A model generated the notes under the pieces. That model had not been told where the DNA came from. It saw only the letters and a program-made list of their open reading frames with translations, and made no database searches. A stretch of 64,000 nt of DNA. Source: Candidatus Woesebacteria bacterium GW2011_GWB1_33_22 (lineage in GTDB: Bacteria > Patescibacteriota > Microgenomatia > UBA8517). Position 1 is the first letter of the stretch. Each line of letters starts with the position of its first letter. Shown one piece after another: positions 47,497 to 57,921 of the stretch. Position numbers and translations under genes: made by a program. The DNA is taken from assembly GCA_000989765.1 (NCBI GenBank), contig LBOW01000001.1, positions 47,660-111,659 of the forward strand, written 5' to 3'.

Positions 47497-50455
47497 AATT
47501 TGGAATAATTGGCACACAGTAATACTTGTTGCCTTATGTCTTGTTCCAATTATATGGTTTATTGGTAGGGGTGATGTTCTAATTACTGGATTAGACACCA
47601 ATTTCCCACTTGATCCATTAGTTTGGTTTCAGCGGAGATTTTATGTTTGGAATGGCATTAATAATGCTGGAATTGATTTTAGTTCATCAGTTGCAGGAGT
47701 TTTTTTTCATTTTGTTCAACTTGCTCCATATTTATTAGGTTTATCCTTAAAAAATGTAGAAATTGTAAGTTTGGTTTTTTGGTTTTCTGCGATTGTTTCC
47801 TCTTCATATCTTTTAGCAAAGACTATTCTACCTAAAAACAAAACACCTCAATTGATTGTTGTCATTCTTTATATTTTAAACATCTATCTTTTCAATACTT
47901 GGGAGAATGTAAAAGTATCTAACTTAGCTTTGGTCACTGCGTTACCTTTAATTATATCAATTGTCTACAATTGGTTTTCAGAAAAAATAAATTCAAAAAA
48001 AGCAATGATATACCTTTGTCTTGGTTCAATTCTTGCTTCAGGAGCTGGAATAAACCCCGCATATTTTTTAGTAATAATTTTAGCTCTGATAATTGAAACT
48101 GTTGTATATCTTTTTTTAAACCTATCTACAAAAACAGAAATAAAGAAGATTTTAGTAAAAGGGTTAACATCCTTTTTTATATTGATTTTAGTTAATATAT
48201 TTTGGATATTTCCACTTTTAAATTTTTTATATTCTACTAATACCATTAGTTTGGTTGATATAGGACTAACCAATTGGATTACTAGTTTATCTCAAAATAC
48301 ATCGATAATTAATGTTATACGCTTACAAGGGGCATGGGATTGGTATGCCTTAGATAGTAGCGGAATACCTCAATATCTTTCTTACACACTAAATTATTTG
48401 TATAAATTTCCGTTTATTATTTTTAGCTTTGCTGTTCCAATATTGGTATTATTTTCATTTGTTTTTTTTGATAAAGAACAAAAATTTTGGTATATTTTTT
48501 TTGGAATACTAACGGTATTGGGAATATTTTTTGGTGTGGGGTCACACCCACCAACAGGATCCTTTTTCATTTTCCTATTTGAACATGTACCATTCTTATC
48601 TTTTTTTAGAAGCCCTTGGTACATTTTTACTCCACTTTTAACTCTTTCATATGCAGCTTTAGTGGGATTATTAACATATTCGTTCTTTCAAAAATATAAA
48701 GAAGGAATGATTAAACATATATTTAATTTTTTAATTATTATATTTTTGATAGCTTATGGATTATATAATTATCCATTAATTACTGGAAAAATTTTTAGAC
48801 CTGAAAGTAAAAATAGTTTCTATGTTTATTTTCCAGAATATGTATGGGATACAAAAGATTGGTTGAGTAACAAACATGATTCAACTGATGAAAGAATAAT
48901 TTCATATCCCGACGATCAATTAGAGTCATTTAATTGGGGCTATCAAGGTACTGAATCAATTTTAAGTTTATATTCTAACAGAGAAATTATTACACCATCA
49001 TTTAATATGACATCAAAAGTTTTTTCAGAAATGTTAGGTTCCTTTTATGCACATATAAAAAGAGGTGAATATAAATCTGCTATTTCGTTAATGGAATTTT
49101 TTGGTGCTAATGAAATTTTTTATAAAAAAGACTCTTCAACTTTATCCTCCCCGATAGGAGATAAAATAAATGATTTGGTTGAGACAACTAAATTTGGAGA
49201 ATGGTATTTTATGCGTCCAAAAGACGAGATGAATAAAAAAATATTTATTGCGGAAGCAGTTTACAAGAATTTATCTAATCCGGAAGATTTTATTCCTGTA
49301 ATTCCATTTTTAAAACCCAAGAGTGTTGTTGTTAACAATAAAGATACTGAAATTGGACAAATTAAATCAAATGAAAGATTTTTTTCGATTATTAAAACTG
49401 GAATATTGGACCAAGATAAAAGTATATTAACTAATGTTAACAAATATGGACTAGATATATTACGCAATGGAACATTTAATATTCTGATTGAAAGAAATTA
49501 TTTAGATCGAAATAGTCTCATTGTAAAAATTGATTCAAATGTAATTAGTAATTCATTGATTCAATATGATCAAAGTTTGATTAGTGTAGGCCCAGTTAAA
49601 CTATTTTCAGGAACACATACTATTGAAATTGTTTATCCAGTACAAGAAAATTTATTGGCAATTTCTGATTTCGAAAATATTTCAAAAAACCAAAATCTAA
49701 GAAAAGAAGAATTTCCAGAGAATATTCAAAAAACTTTATTAGTATACAATGAAAGTAAAGAAGCTCAAAAAATAATTTTACCAGTAAATGAATTTAATCC
49801 CTATTTAAGGTATGCTGTAGGATTTGATTATAAATATGTGTATGGAAAAGTGCCATTTGTTGAAGTTTTACAATCTGCCCCGACTTCTCCAGTAAAAAAT
49901 CATTCGATTTATCCAGGTTCTTCTACTGATTGGCAGACTCGTTATGACATTTTCAGACCGGTTGAAACAAATTCTAAATTAGAACTTCTGATTAAAGCTG
50001 GACCAAATGAATTTTCTGGTAGAAGTAAATCTTTTATAGAAAATATATTTATAAAAAGAATTTATGACAATAATGTATATCTTGTAGAATCTAATTCTGA
50101 TACTTCTTTTAAATATTTGTCTAAAGGTGAACTAAAGTATAAAAAAATTAATTCGGTAAAGTATGAAGTTGAGTTGAAAAGTGATGGGGATAATCAATTG
50201 GGTAGTGTAATAGCATTTTTAGATAATTACAACAAAGGTTGGGTTTTAAAGTCTTCTGATTCAAAAATAGAAAATAAATTTAGTCACTTTACGATTAACG
50301 GTTATGCAAACGGTTGGTATGTACCTGCAGGAATGAATACTGGTAAGTTTATTATCTATTATCGTCCACAGACTTTATATATATTCGCAGTTTTAGTCTC
50401 AGTTTGTACAATTATGTTATTAATTATTTACAGTTTACATAAAAAGAAATCTTAA
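47480..50455 (+). CDS. Large GT-C, AftD/YfhO-like, with extracellular domains and C-terminal TM anchor
   Basis: GLDTNFP after TM1, FFRSPW, INGYANGWYV, terminal TM. Confidence 0.7.
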   Translation: MKIINKIWNNWHTVILVALCLVPIIWFIGRGDVLITGLDTNFPLDPLVWFQRRFYVWNGINNAGIDFSSSVAGVFFHFVQLAPYLLGLSLKNVEIVSLVFWFSAIVSSSYLLAKTILPKNKTPQLIVVILYILNIYLFNTWENVKVSNLALVTALPLIISIVYNWFSEKINSKKAMIYLCLGSILASGAGINPAYFLVIILALIIETVVYLFLNLSTKTEIKKILVKGLTSFFILILVNIFWIFPLLNFLYSTNTISLVDIGLTNWITSLSQNTSIINVIRLQGAWDWYALDSSGIPQYLSYTLNYLYKFPFIIFSFAVPILVLFSFVFFDKEQKFWYIFFGILTVLGIFFGVGSHPPTGSFFIFLFEHVPFLSFFRSPWYIFTPLLTLSYAALVGLLTYSFFQKYKEGMIKHIFNFLIIIFLIAYGLYNYPLITGKIFRPESKNSFYVYFPEYVWDTKDWLSNKHDSTDERIISYPDDQLESFNWGYQGTESILSLYSNREIITPSFNMTSKVFSEMLGSFYAHIKRGEYKSAISLMEFFGANEIFYKKDSSTLSSPIGDKINDLVETTKFGEWYFMRPKDEMNKKIFIAEAVYKNLSNPEDFIPVIPFLKPKSVVVNNKDTEIGQIKSNERFFSIIKTGILDQDKSILTNVNKYGLDILRNGTFNILIERNYLDRNSLIVKIDSNVISNSLIQYDQSLISVGPVKLFSGTHTIEIVYPVQENLLAISDFENISKNQNLRKEEFPENIQKTLLVYNESKEAQKIILPVNEFNPYLRYAVGFDYKYVYGKVPFVEVLQSAPTSPVKNHSIYPGSSTDWQTRYDIFRPVETNSKLELLIKAGPNEFSGRSKSFIENIFIKRIYDNNVYLVESNSDTSFKYLSKGELKYKKINSVKYEVELKSDGDNQLGSVIAFLDNYNKGWVLKSSDSKIENKFSHFTINGYANGWYVPAGMNTGKFIIYYRPQTLYIFAVLVSVCTIMLLIIYSLHKKKS

Positions 50456-50839
50456 ATGATTAGATCTTATTTATTTAAATTATTTAATAAAAAGTATGAC
50501 AATTTAAATCAATGGGCAATAGACCATTTGGTTGGATTATTTATTTTTAATATAATCATGTCTTTGCTTGTGTTGCTTAACACTGCTGAATATTTCAAAC
50601 CATTTTTTTTCTTAGGAATAAATGTAATTTTTTTCATTGGGCTGATATTATCCATACCTCTTCTCGGAGCAAGGTCAAAATCTATGTTTTTTATATCAAT
50701 AATTTTTTTAGTTTTTGCTATTTTTTTAAAAATATTAAAGATTGAAATTTGGGCAGAGAGAACAGCTGTTTATACTTTTCAATCTTTACTTATAGGAGTT
50801 ATTTTACTAACAAGGGAATCAATCAATAAACATTGGTAA
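50456..50839 (+). CDS. Small 4-TM membrane protein
   Basis: Hydrophobic; C-terminal hairpin WAERTAVYTFQSLLIGV. Confidence 0.65.
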   Translation: MIRSYLFKLFNKKYDNLNQWAIDHLVGLFIFNIIMSLLVLLNTAEYFKPFFFLGINVIFFIGLILSIPLLGARSKSMFFISIIFLVFAIFLKILKIEIWAERTAVYTFQSLLIGVILLTRESINKHW

Positions 50840-52170
50840 AATTTATTGTAAATAATTACAAAAAATATATTTTTGTTTTTTTTATTGTTTATTTACTTAT
50901 TTTTACCGTATTTTACTCTGAAACGACTAAACCAAAAGGTGATGAAGTTCATTATTTAATTGCCACAGAAAGCATAGTGAGAGATAACGATATTTACCTA
51001 GAAAATAATTATCCAGATGGTGTTACAAGCATGTTTGGTTATTTAAAATTAGATAAACATACAGTAATAGGGAGGGGAAATCATGAAATTTTAGGTCACG
51101 GTTTAACAATATTTCCTTTTATAATTGCACCCTTTTACTTTGCGGCTGGAAAATTAGGTGCAAGTTTGTTTTTTTGCTTGATTACTGTTATTTTGTTTCA
51201 ACAAACTATTAAATTTTCTGAGTTGGTAACTAATAGTCACTTAACTAGTTGGGTTGTGTGCCCAGGTTTGTTTTTAACACTTCCATTGTCACAATATTCA
51301 CTTCTTTTATTTCCAGAGGTCATTGCTGGTTTATTGATTGTTTATAATCTATGCGAAGTTATTACTAAAAATAAACTAGGCATTTTATCAGCTATTCTTA
51401 TAGGATTATTGCCCTGGATACATTTTAGGTTTTTGACTGTGTCAATATTTTTTTTATTATTCTGGTTTAGTAGGCAGTTTAAAAAAATCACTAAGCAATT
51501 TTTCTTGCCATTAATATTGATTTTTGTTTATTTTCTCTCGATATTTTTAATATACGGCAGTTTCGATTTTAATAAAACTTTTATGAACTCTGGGAGCGCG
51601 TATTCAGGTAATATTATATCTAATATTATTAATTTATTGATAGATAGACAATATGGTTTGATTCCAAATAACCCCATATTTTTATTAGTACTTCCCGGAT
51701 TTTATTTTTTGTTTAGAAGTAATAAAAAAAAGGCTTTATTAATTATTGCTCTTATATTTTTTGAGATTATGCCATTTATTAATTCAAATGATTGGCATGG
51801 AGGTTTTGCACCACCAGGAAGGTATTTAACAGCGGTAGTTCCAATTATTATACCTTTAATTGTTTTATCTATTACTAAAAGTAGATATTTTTTAACAAAA
51901 ACGATATTTTTATTAGGGTTTATGTGGGGGTATTTTGTATATATTATTAATTTGTTACAGTCTCCAAACTATGGGTATTTATATAAAGATGGTTTTACTC
52001 CGTATTTAAATAAAATATCAATTTGGTCAAATTTATATTTTTATTATTTGTTTCCAAGTTATTTTCCGGATGGAAAGATAACTGTTCTTCATTGGATTTG
52101 GATTTGCACAATACTAATAATTAGTTATCTGGTATTTAAAAAAGGAGGGAAAGTTAAGACAAAAGCTTAA
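50833..52170 (+). CDS. GT-C membrane glycosyltransferase (GDExHY type)
   Basis: KGDEVHYL, FPEV, DRQYGL, WHGGFAPPGRY. Confidence 0.7.
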   Translation: MVKFIVNNYKKYIFVFFIVYLLIFTVFYSETTKPKGDEVHYLIATESIVRDNDIYLENNYPDGVTSMFGYLKLDKHTVIGRGNHEILGHGLTIFPFIIAPFYFAAGKLGASLFFCLITVILFQQTIKFSELVTNSHLTSWVVCPGLFLTLPLSQYSLLLFPEVIAGLLIVYNLCEVITKNKLGILSAILIGLLPWIHFRFLTVSIFFLLFWFSRQFKKITKQFFLPLILIFVYFLSIFLIYGSFDFNKTFMNSGSAYSGNIISNIINLLIDRQYGLIPNNPIFLLVLPGFYFLFRSNKKKALLIIALIFFEIMPFINSNDWHGGFAPPGRYLTAVVPIIIPLIVLSITKSRYFLTKTIFLLGFMWGYFVYIINLLQSPNYGYLYKDGFTPYLNKISIWSNLYFYYLFPSYFPDGKITVLHWIWICTILIISYLVFKKGGKVKTKA

Positions 52171-52197
52171 TCTTAATTATTTATGTATAATTGTAGT

Positions 52198-52353
52198 GTG
52201 AATAATATCTCAAAAATATTAATAGGCTTATCTTTTTTAGGTTTTTTAATAATAGGCTTTTTACTTTTAACTAACCACCTCGGATTAGCGACCAAAATAT
52301 CTGGTTATATATTTTTTATATTGATTCTTGGTATATGCTTAAAAACAAACTAA
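52198..52353 (+). CDS. Unannotated 51-aa two-TM membrane protein
   Basis: GTG start, MNNISKILIGLSFLGFLIIGFLLLTNHLGLATKISGYIFFILILGICLKTN*; TATAAT at 52186-52191, 6 nt upstream; fills the gap and overlaps the next start. Confidence 0.65.
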   Translation: MNNISKILIGLSFLGFLIIGFLLLTNHLGLATKISGYIFFILILGICLKTN

Positions 52354-54836
52354 CTCAAATCTTATATATATTATTAATTATTTTACCAGTTATTGTTGTT
52401 TTTAAAAATATTTTTTATATTTACCCCTTTAGTTTTGGAGATGCGCCATATTTTTATACGGACACTTTAGCAAGTCTATTATCAGAACCTTTAATATGGG
52501 TAACTCGAGGTGTTAATTTTGGAGGTATTAACCAATTTCTATGGCTTTCGCCCATTATGGCTATTTATGGCTTTTTAGGTAAATACTTACTATTAGACAA
52601 TCAAATAATTGTTCGTATTCTTTTTTATATACCAGCAGTAATATTGTCTATTCTCGGTCCATATATTTTAACTAAATATTTGAACTTTTCAAAAACAGTT
52701 TCATTTTTTTCATCTTTGTTTTATTGCTTAAACACGTATTTTATATTACTAATTGATGGTGGACAGGTGGGCGTAGCTTTGGCTTATGGAATTTTTCCTA
52801 TTGTTTTGTATTTTATTAAAAAATATATTGATGTTTCAAATACAACGAACTTTTTTTGGGCATATGTTTTTGGAATGTTACTTTGCATAATTGATCCCAG
52901 AATATATATCATTTTGTTTTCTTTATTAGCAATATGGAGTTTTTTAAGAAGAGAGTCTTTAAAGCCATTATTTGTTTTACAAATTCCAATATTACTATCC
53001 AATTTATATTGGCTTTATCCAATGATCAAAATAAAGCCAATAAATGTAAGTTATTCGGTACTGGATCTACAGACATCTTCTTTAATAAATTCGCTTTTGC
53101 TTTATGCCCCCCATTGGCCAAATAATATTTTTGGTAAAATAGTACCTCCCTTATTTTACTTTTCTATTATCCCCATTTTAGTGTTTGGGTTTTTGTTTTT
53201 TAAAGACAGACACAAAGATATTAAGAAGCTAGTAATATTATTTCTAATTTTTGCCTTTTTGGCTAAAGGTACGACACCTCCATTTGGAGAGATATATGAT
53301 TTTATTTTGACCAAGATACCCTTGATGGTAGCTTTTCGTGACTCTAGTAAATTTTTTATACCCTTAACATTGTTGGGTGGAATTTTAATAGGAGAAACTA
53401 TCGATAAGTTGAAAATGATAAAATTCATTAAAATAATTACTTATACAATAATATTATTACTTGTTTGGCAAGCTATATTCGGAAAATTGAATTTTAATTT
53501 GTCGGGAAGAATCTTAAACGATGATATGGGTAAAATTTATTCTAATTTAAAAAATGAACAAGGAGAATATAAAACATTATGGTTTCCTGAAAAGCACCCT
53601 ATGGCATATGAATCTTTTGATAAACCAGCTCTAGACGCAAGAGACCTTATTAAAATTAATACTATTTCGTCTGTCAATGTCTCCGAGGACCCTTTTAATT
53701 TCTTAAATGATATAAATTTTCCGATAAAATTAGCTAAACTTGGAATTAAATATATATTTTTATCAGGAGATCCGAGGAATGTTTATCCAAGTGAAGATGA
53801 TCTAAAAAGATGGTCTACAGTTTCAAAATTAATAAGCAACAACCCCAACCTTAAGCCAGTAAATTGGAATACAAGTTTTCAAATATTTGAAGTTCCTGAT
53901 TTTTTACCTAAGTTTTATAAAGTTCACGATTTAATTGGAGCTGTTGGACCTCATCTTCCCTCAGATATGCCAGCTGTTTATTTTGAAGACGGGAAATTTG
54001 ATCCGAGGTTTCTAGAAAATAAAGACTCAAATTCAGTTAAATTATTATTTAATAATTCTGTAGAACAGGATCTTACTATGAGTTTTCTACAAAAATATTT
54101 CGTTGATACTGGTAATGCAAAAACAAATGAATGGGCATATTATTCAGCGGATAAGTATCTCAAGGCAAAATACGAATTATTAATCCGGAATTTTATATAT
54201 GATGATTTTGATTACAGCAAAGGACTATCATTTTCAACAAAAATGGGTGAAAAAATTGAATTTAATTTTAAAAACTTAGACTTAGGAGAATATGTTTTAG
54301 CTGTTCGCAGGATGAATGAATTAAACAAATTTGAATGGAAAATAATTAATCATTCACTTAATATTAAAGATAAAGATTTTAGTTACGAATATATAAATGA
54401 AAAAGATTTTGATGCCGTAAATGTTATAGCATTAATTCCTAAAAAAGATTTTGAAGAAGCAGAAAAATTAGGTCAACACCATATAGCCTATTTTGGAGTG
54501 ATCAAAAACGATAAAAACTATAGTTATAAATGGGATACTGTTTCTATAGTTAATGAAGACACTTCCAAATATTTGTTAACGACAGACAAATATGGTTTTT
54601 GGTTAATTCTAAATGAAAATTATAATCCATTATGGACTATTCGTAATGGGGAAAAATATTCTAATTCTATTCCAATTAATTCAGAAGTTAATGGTTTCTA
54701 TTTTGAACCAACATGGAATGATTTACATATTGAATTTAAAGGTCAGGAGTATTTTAGATGGGGATTATATTATGCATTTATTTCTGTATCATTAACGTTG
54801 ATAATATTATTATATTTACATATTAAGAATGAATAA
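52335..54836 (+). CDS. Large GT-C, AftD/YfhO-like
   Basis: FGDAPYF, AFRDSSKF, LGIKYI, NENYNPLW, terminal TM. Confidence 0.7.
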   Translation: MLKNKLTQILYILLIILPVIVVFKNIFYIYPFSFGDAPYFYTDTLASLLSEPLIWVTRGVNFGGINQFLWLSPIMAIYGFLGKYLLLDNQIIVRILFYIPAVILSILGPYILTKYLNFSKTVSFFSSLFYCLNTYFILLIDGGQVGVALAYGIFPIVLYFIKKYIDVSNTTNFFWAYVFGMLLCIIDPRIYIILFSLLAIWSFLRRESLKPLFVLQIPILLSNLYWLYPMIKIKPINVSYSVLDLQTSSLINSLLLYAPHWPNNIFGKIVPPLFYFSIIPILVFGFLFFKDRHKDIKKLVILFLIFAFLAKGTTPPFGEIYDFILTKIPLMVAFRDSSKFFIPLTLLGGILIGETIDKLKMIKFIKIITYTIILLLVWQAIFGKLNFNLSGRILNDDMGKIYSNLKNEQGEYKTLWFPEKHPMAYESFDKPALDARDLIKINTISSVNVSEDPFNFLNDINFPIKLAKLGIKYIFLSGDPRNVYPSEDDLKRWSTVSKLISNNPNLKPVNWNTSFQIFEVPDFLPKFYKVHDLIGAVGPHLPSDMPAVYFEDGKFDPRFLENKDSNSVKLLFNNSVEQDLTMSFLQKYFVDTGNAKTNEWAYYSADKYLKAKYELLIRNFIYDDFDYSKGLSFSTKMGEKIEFNFKNLDLGEYVLAVRRMNELNKFEWKIINHSLNIKDKDFSYEYINEKDFDAVNVIALIPKKDFEEAEKLGQHHIAYFGVIKNDKNYSYKWDTVSIVNEDTSKYLLTTDKYGFWLILNENYNPLWTIRNGEKYSNSIPINSEVNGFYFEPTWNDLHIEFKGQEYFRWGLYYAFISVSLTLIILLYLHIKNE

Positions 54837-56109
54837 ATTTTTTAAAAAAGCTTTTTTACTAACAAAATCAGCAACAGCCAGAGATACATATGTTTTATTT
54901 CTTGGGAATTTAGGCTCTGCCTTTTTGGGGTTTCTTTTCACTTTTTTTGTTGCACGAGCTTTAAATAGGGAAGACTTTGGGATTTTTTCTGCAGCTATGA
55001 ATCTTGTGGTAATAATCTCATCATTATCTGATGTTGGTATAACTACAGGTCTTGTTAATTTTATTTCAGAGTCTGACTCAGAAGGAAACGAAAAAAAATC
55101 ACTTGAATATCAAAAAGCTGGTTTAACGATAAGAGTCGGGATAATTTTAATTCTTACTACTTTAATTATTATCTTTTCTCCTTATATATCTAAATTAATG
55201 TTGGCAACAACAGATCCATTTGTTGCTATATGGGCAGCTATTGTCTCGCTTGTATCTTTTGTTCCAATGTATTTTCCATATATATTACAGGCTAAAAAAC
55301 AATTTTTGAAATCTGTGATTGTCGATAACACTTACTATTTATTTAGATTGATTGGTCTTCTTGGTTTAATATATTTTGGGGCAATGACACTATACACTTC
55401 TCTTTCGACAGCTATAGTAGGTTTTGTGTTTAGTCTGATCGCTAGTATATCTTTATTGAAATTTAAATTTTTATTTTCCAGACCAGAGAAAAATATATAT
55501 ACTAGTTTGATTAAGTTTTCTGGATGGATTGGTGTGAATAGAATTATCTCATCTATTTCAGGACGTTTGGATATTCAAATGCTTGCTAGTATGGCGGGTG
55601 CAACTACTACAGCTCTTTATTCTATACCTGCGAGGCTTTCTTCAATTGTAATAATATTAACATCAAGTTTTTCAGCAGTATTGGCTCCTAGATTTGCTTC
55701 AATGGGTGACAAAGAAAGAGAAAAAAAATATTTAATTAAATCGTGCTTCGCTTTACTTCCCATCATTTTAATAATTTTGGTTTGGGTCATTATGGCAAAA
55801 CCATTTATGCAGGTAATCTTTCCAAATTATATTGATTCGGTCCCAGTGTTTCAGGCATTAACTCTGTCAATGATCCCTTTTATTTTGACAGCACCATCGG
55901 TTGTTGTAATTATTTATGCAATGAAAAAAAATGTTTATATAGGGGCATATAGTTTTTTTCAGATTGTTGCAATATTTATACTTAATTGGATTTTTATTCC
56001 TAAGTTTGGTCCATTTGGACCCACTCTTACTTTTGGTATAACAAATACAATATTGGCAATTTATACTTGGGTAATAGTAATTAAACATTATTGGGGTCAA
56101 GAAAAATAA
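54829..56109 (+). CDS. Wzx/MOP-family flippase
   Basis: VARALNREDFGIF, SDVGI, RLDIQML; many TM helices. Confidence 0.85.
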   Translation: MNKFFKKAFLLTKSATARDTYVLFLGNLGSAFLGFLFTFFVARALNREDFGIFSAAMNLVVIISSLSDVGITTGLVNFISESDSEGNEKKSLEYQKAGLTIRVGIILILTTLIIIFSPYISKLMLATTDPFVAIWAAIVSLVSFVPMYFPYILQAKKQFLKSVIVDNTYYLFRLIGLLGLIYFGAMTLYTSLSTAIVGFVFSLIASISLLKFKFLFSRPEKNIYTSLIKFSGWIGVNRIISSISGRLDIQMLASMAGATTTALYSIPARLSSIVIILTSSFSAVLAPRFASMGDKEREKKYLIKSCFALLPIILIILVWVIMAKPFMQVIFPNYIDSVPVFQALTLSMIPFILTAPSVVVIIYAMKKNVYIGAYSFFQIVAIFILNWIFIPKFGPFGPTLTFGITNTILAIYTWVIVIKHYWGQEK

Positions 56110-57920
56110 CATCCTAGCCAAAGCTCAAGCATTAAAAGACTCCATTTTTTTTGGTCAGTGTCAAGATTAATTTTTGAAAGGTCAATAAAATCCTTTATCT
56201 TTGAGTTTTTAGTAAAAAGCTTGTCTTTATAATAATTGTTTAAATCTCCCCTAAACCATTCATCAAGGGGTATTGTAAAGCCCATTTTAGGTCTATAAAG
56301 ATTTTCTTTAGGCACGATTTTTTCAAGAGCCCTTTTAAATATATATTTAGTTTCTCCATTTTTGACCTTTAGATTAAATGGGATTTGACAGGCTAATTCA
56401 ACCATTTTTTGATCTAAAATTGGAGATCTTGCTTCTAATCCATAATACATGGTGGCGATATCCATCTTGGTTAATAATTGATCAGGTAAAAAATATAGAA
56501 GATCAAATTTTAAACCAGCGTCTTTTAAATCTTTACCATTAAATCTTTGAAAAGTTCTTCTGACATATTGATACAAATTATTTGTTGTTAATGTCTTAGA
56601 TAAAGGTTTTTGAGCCATTCTAAAAATTTCATCTAAAGAAAAAATTTGATTATATGAAGAAAATCTTTCATAAAGGGGAAGTTTGGACTTGTCTAAAAAT
56701 TTAGAAACTCTTTGTATTTTTAGTGCATCTAATGGTCTTAATTTACTGATCCAATAGGCATAATCAACATCTCTTTTAAGTCTTAAATATCTATTTGGAT
56801 AGCCTGCAAAATTTTCATCTCCACCATCACCATTTAGAATAACCTTGACATGTTTTTTAGCCTCTTTGCTTACTTGAAACGAAATTACGCAACTATTATC
56901 AGCAAAAGGTTCTTCATAGGCGTTGGCAATTTCAGGTAGTAGTGAAATATTAGTAGGTTTGGCTAAAATTTCGGTGTGGTCAGTTTTATATCTTTTAACT
57001 ATCAATTCTGCATATTTTTTTTCCGAATATTTTTCGTTTTCAAAATTAACAGTAAAAGTTTTTACACGATTTTGTGTGCTTAGTGCCATCATGGCTACAA
57101 CTGCGCTTGAATCCACCCCTCCAGAAAGAAATGCACCTATAGGAACGTCAGAAATCATTCTAAGTTTTGTCGATTCTTCAAGGGTCTCAAGTATTTTTTC
57201 TGACCATTCTTTTTCTGAAAGCAGAAGCTTATCTTTAAATCTAGGCTCCCAATATTTTCTTTTTAAAAATATTTTTCTTTTAATATCAATATAAATATAA
57301 TGACCAGGCTCTAATTTTTTAATATTTTTAAATCCTGTAAGAGGTGCGGGTACATATCCATAGAGAAAATACTTTTGGATAGCTAGGTTGTCTGGAATTT
57401 TTGCCACTTCAGACTGTGTAAGTATTGCCTTTAGCTCTGAAGCAAATATAAAACAATTTTCATTAAAAAAATATTTCAAAGGTTTCTTACCAATTCTGTC
57501 TCTAGCTAAAAACAATGTTTCTTCGTGTGTATCAAATATTGCAAACGCATACATACCTCTTAAATGTTTAACACAGTTTTTCTTGTATCTTGCATAGAGA
57601 GCTAGAATTACCTCAGTGTCAGAAGTAGAAACAAATTTATAGCCTTCTTGTTCAAGTTTTAATTTTTCCTCTTTAAAATTATAGATTTCATTATTCGAAA
57701 CTATGACATATCTATTCATATAAATCATTGGTTGATTGCCATTTTTTGAAAGGTCTATAATTGCAAGTCTATTGTGGCCGAAACCCACATTTCTATGAGA
57801 AGAAATATAATATCCAGTTGAATCTGGTCCGCGGTGGCTAATTTTATTGGCCATCAATTTAAGTTGATACTCGTTAACCTTTTGATTATTAAAATAAACT
57901 TTTCCGGAAATTCCACACAT
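56097..57920 (-). CDS. asnB: Asparagine synthase (glutamine-hydrolysing) family amidotransferase, probably glycan amidation
   Basis: MCGI, HRGPD, RLAIIDL, FLSGGVDSS, GDGGDE, RPKMGF. Confidence 0.9.
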   Translation of the reverse strand: MCGISGKVYFNNQKVNEYQLKLMANKISHRGPDSTGYYISSHRNVGFGHNRLAIIDLSKNGNQPMIYMNRYVIVSNNEIYNFKEEKLKLEQEGYKFVSTSDTEVILALYARYKKNCVKHLRGMYAFAIFDTHEETLFLARDRIGKKPLKYFFNENCFIFASELKAILTQSEVAKIPDNLAIQKYFLYGYVPAPLTGFKNIKKLEPGHYIYIDIKRKIFLKRKYWEPRFKDKLLLSEKEWSEKILETLEESTKLRMISDVPIGAFLSGGVDSSAVVAMMALSTQNRVKTFTVNFENEKYSEKKYAELIVKRYKTDHTEILAKPTNISLLPEIANAYEEPFADNSCVISFQVSKEAKKHVKVILNGDGGDENFAGYPNRYLRLKRDVDYAYWISKLRPLDALKIQRVSKFLDKSKLPLYERFSSYNQIFSLDEIFRMAQKPLSKTLTTNNLYQYVRRTFQRFNGKDLKDAGLKFDLLYFLPDQLLTKMDIATMYYGLEARSPILDQKMVELACQIPFNLKVKNGETKYIFKRALEKIVPKENLYRPKMGFTIPLDEWFRGDLNNYYKDKLFTKNSKIKDFIDLSKINLDTDQKKWSLLMLELWLGCYFS

Positions 57921-57921
57921 A

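Noticed and set aside
56097-57920. asnB as amino-acid biosynthesis gene
   Set aside because: Context (adjacent to a GT-C inside a glycan island) favours glycan amidation
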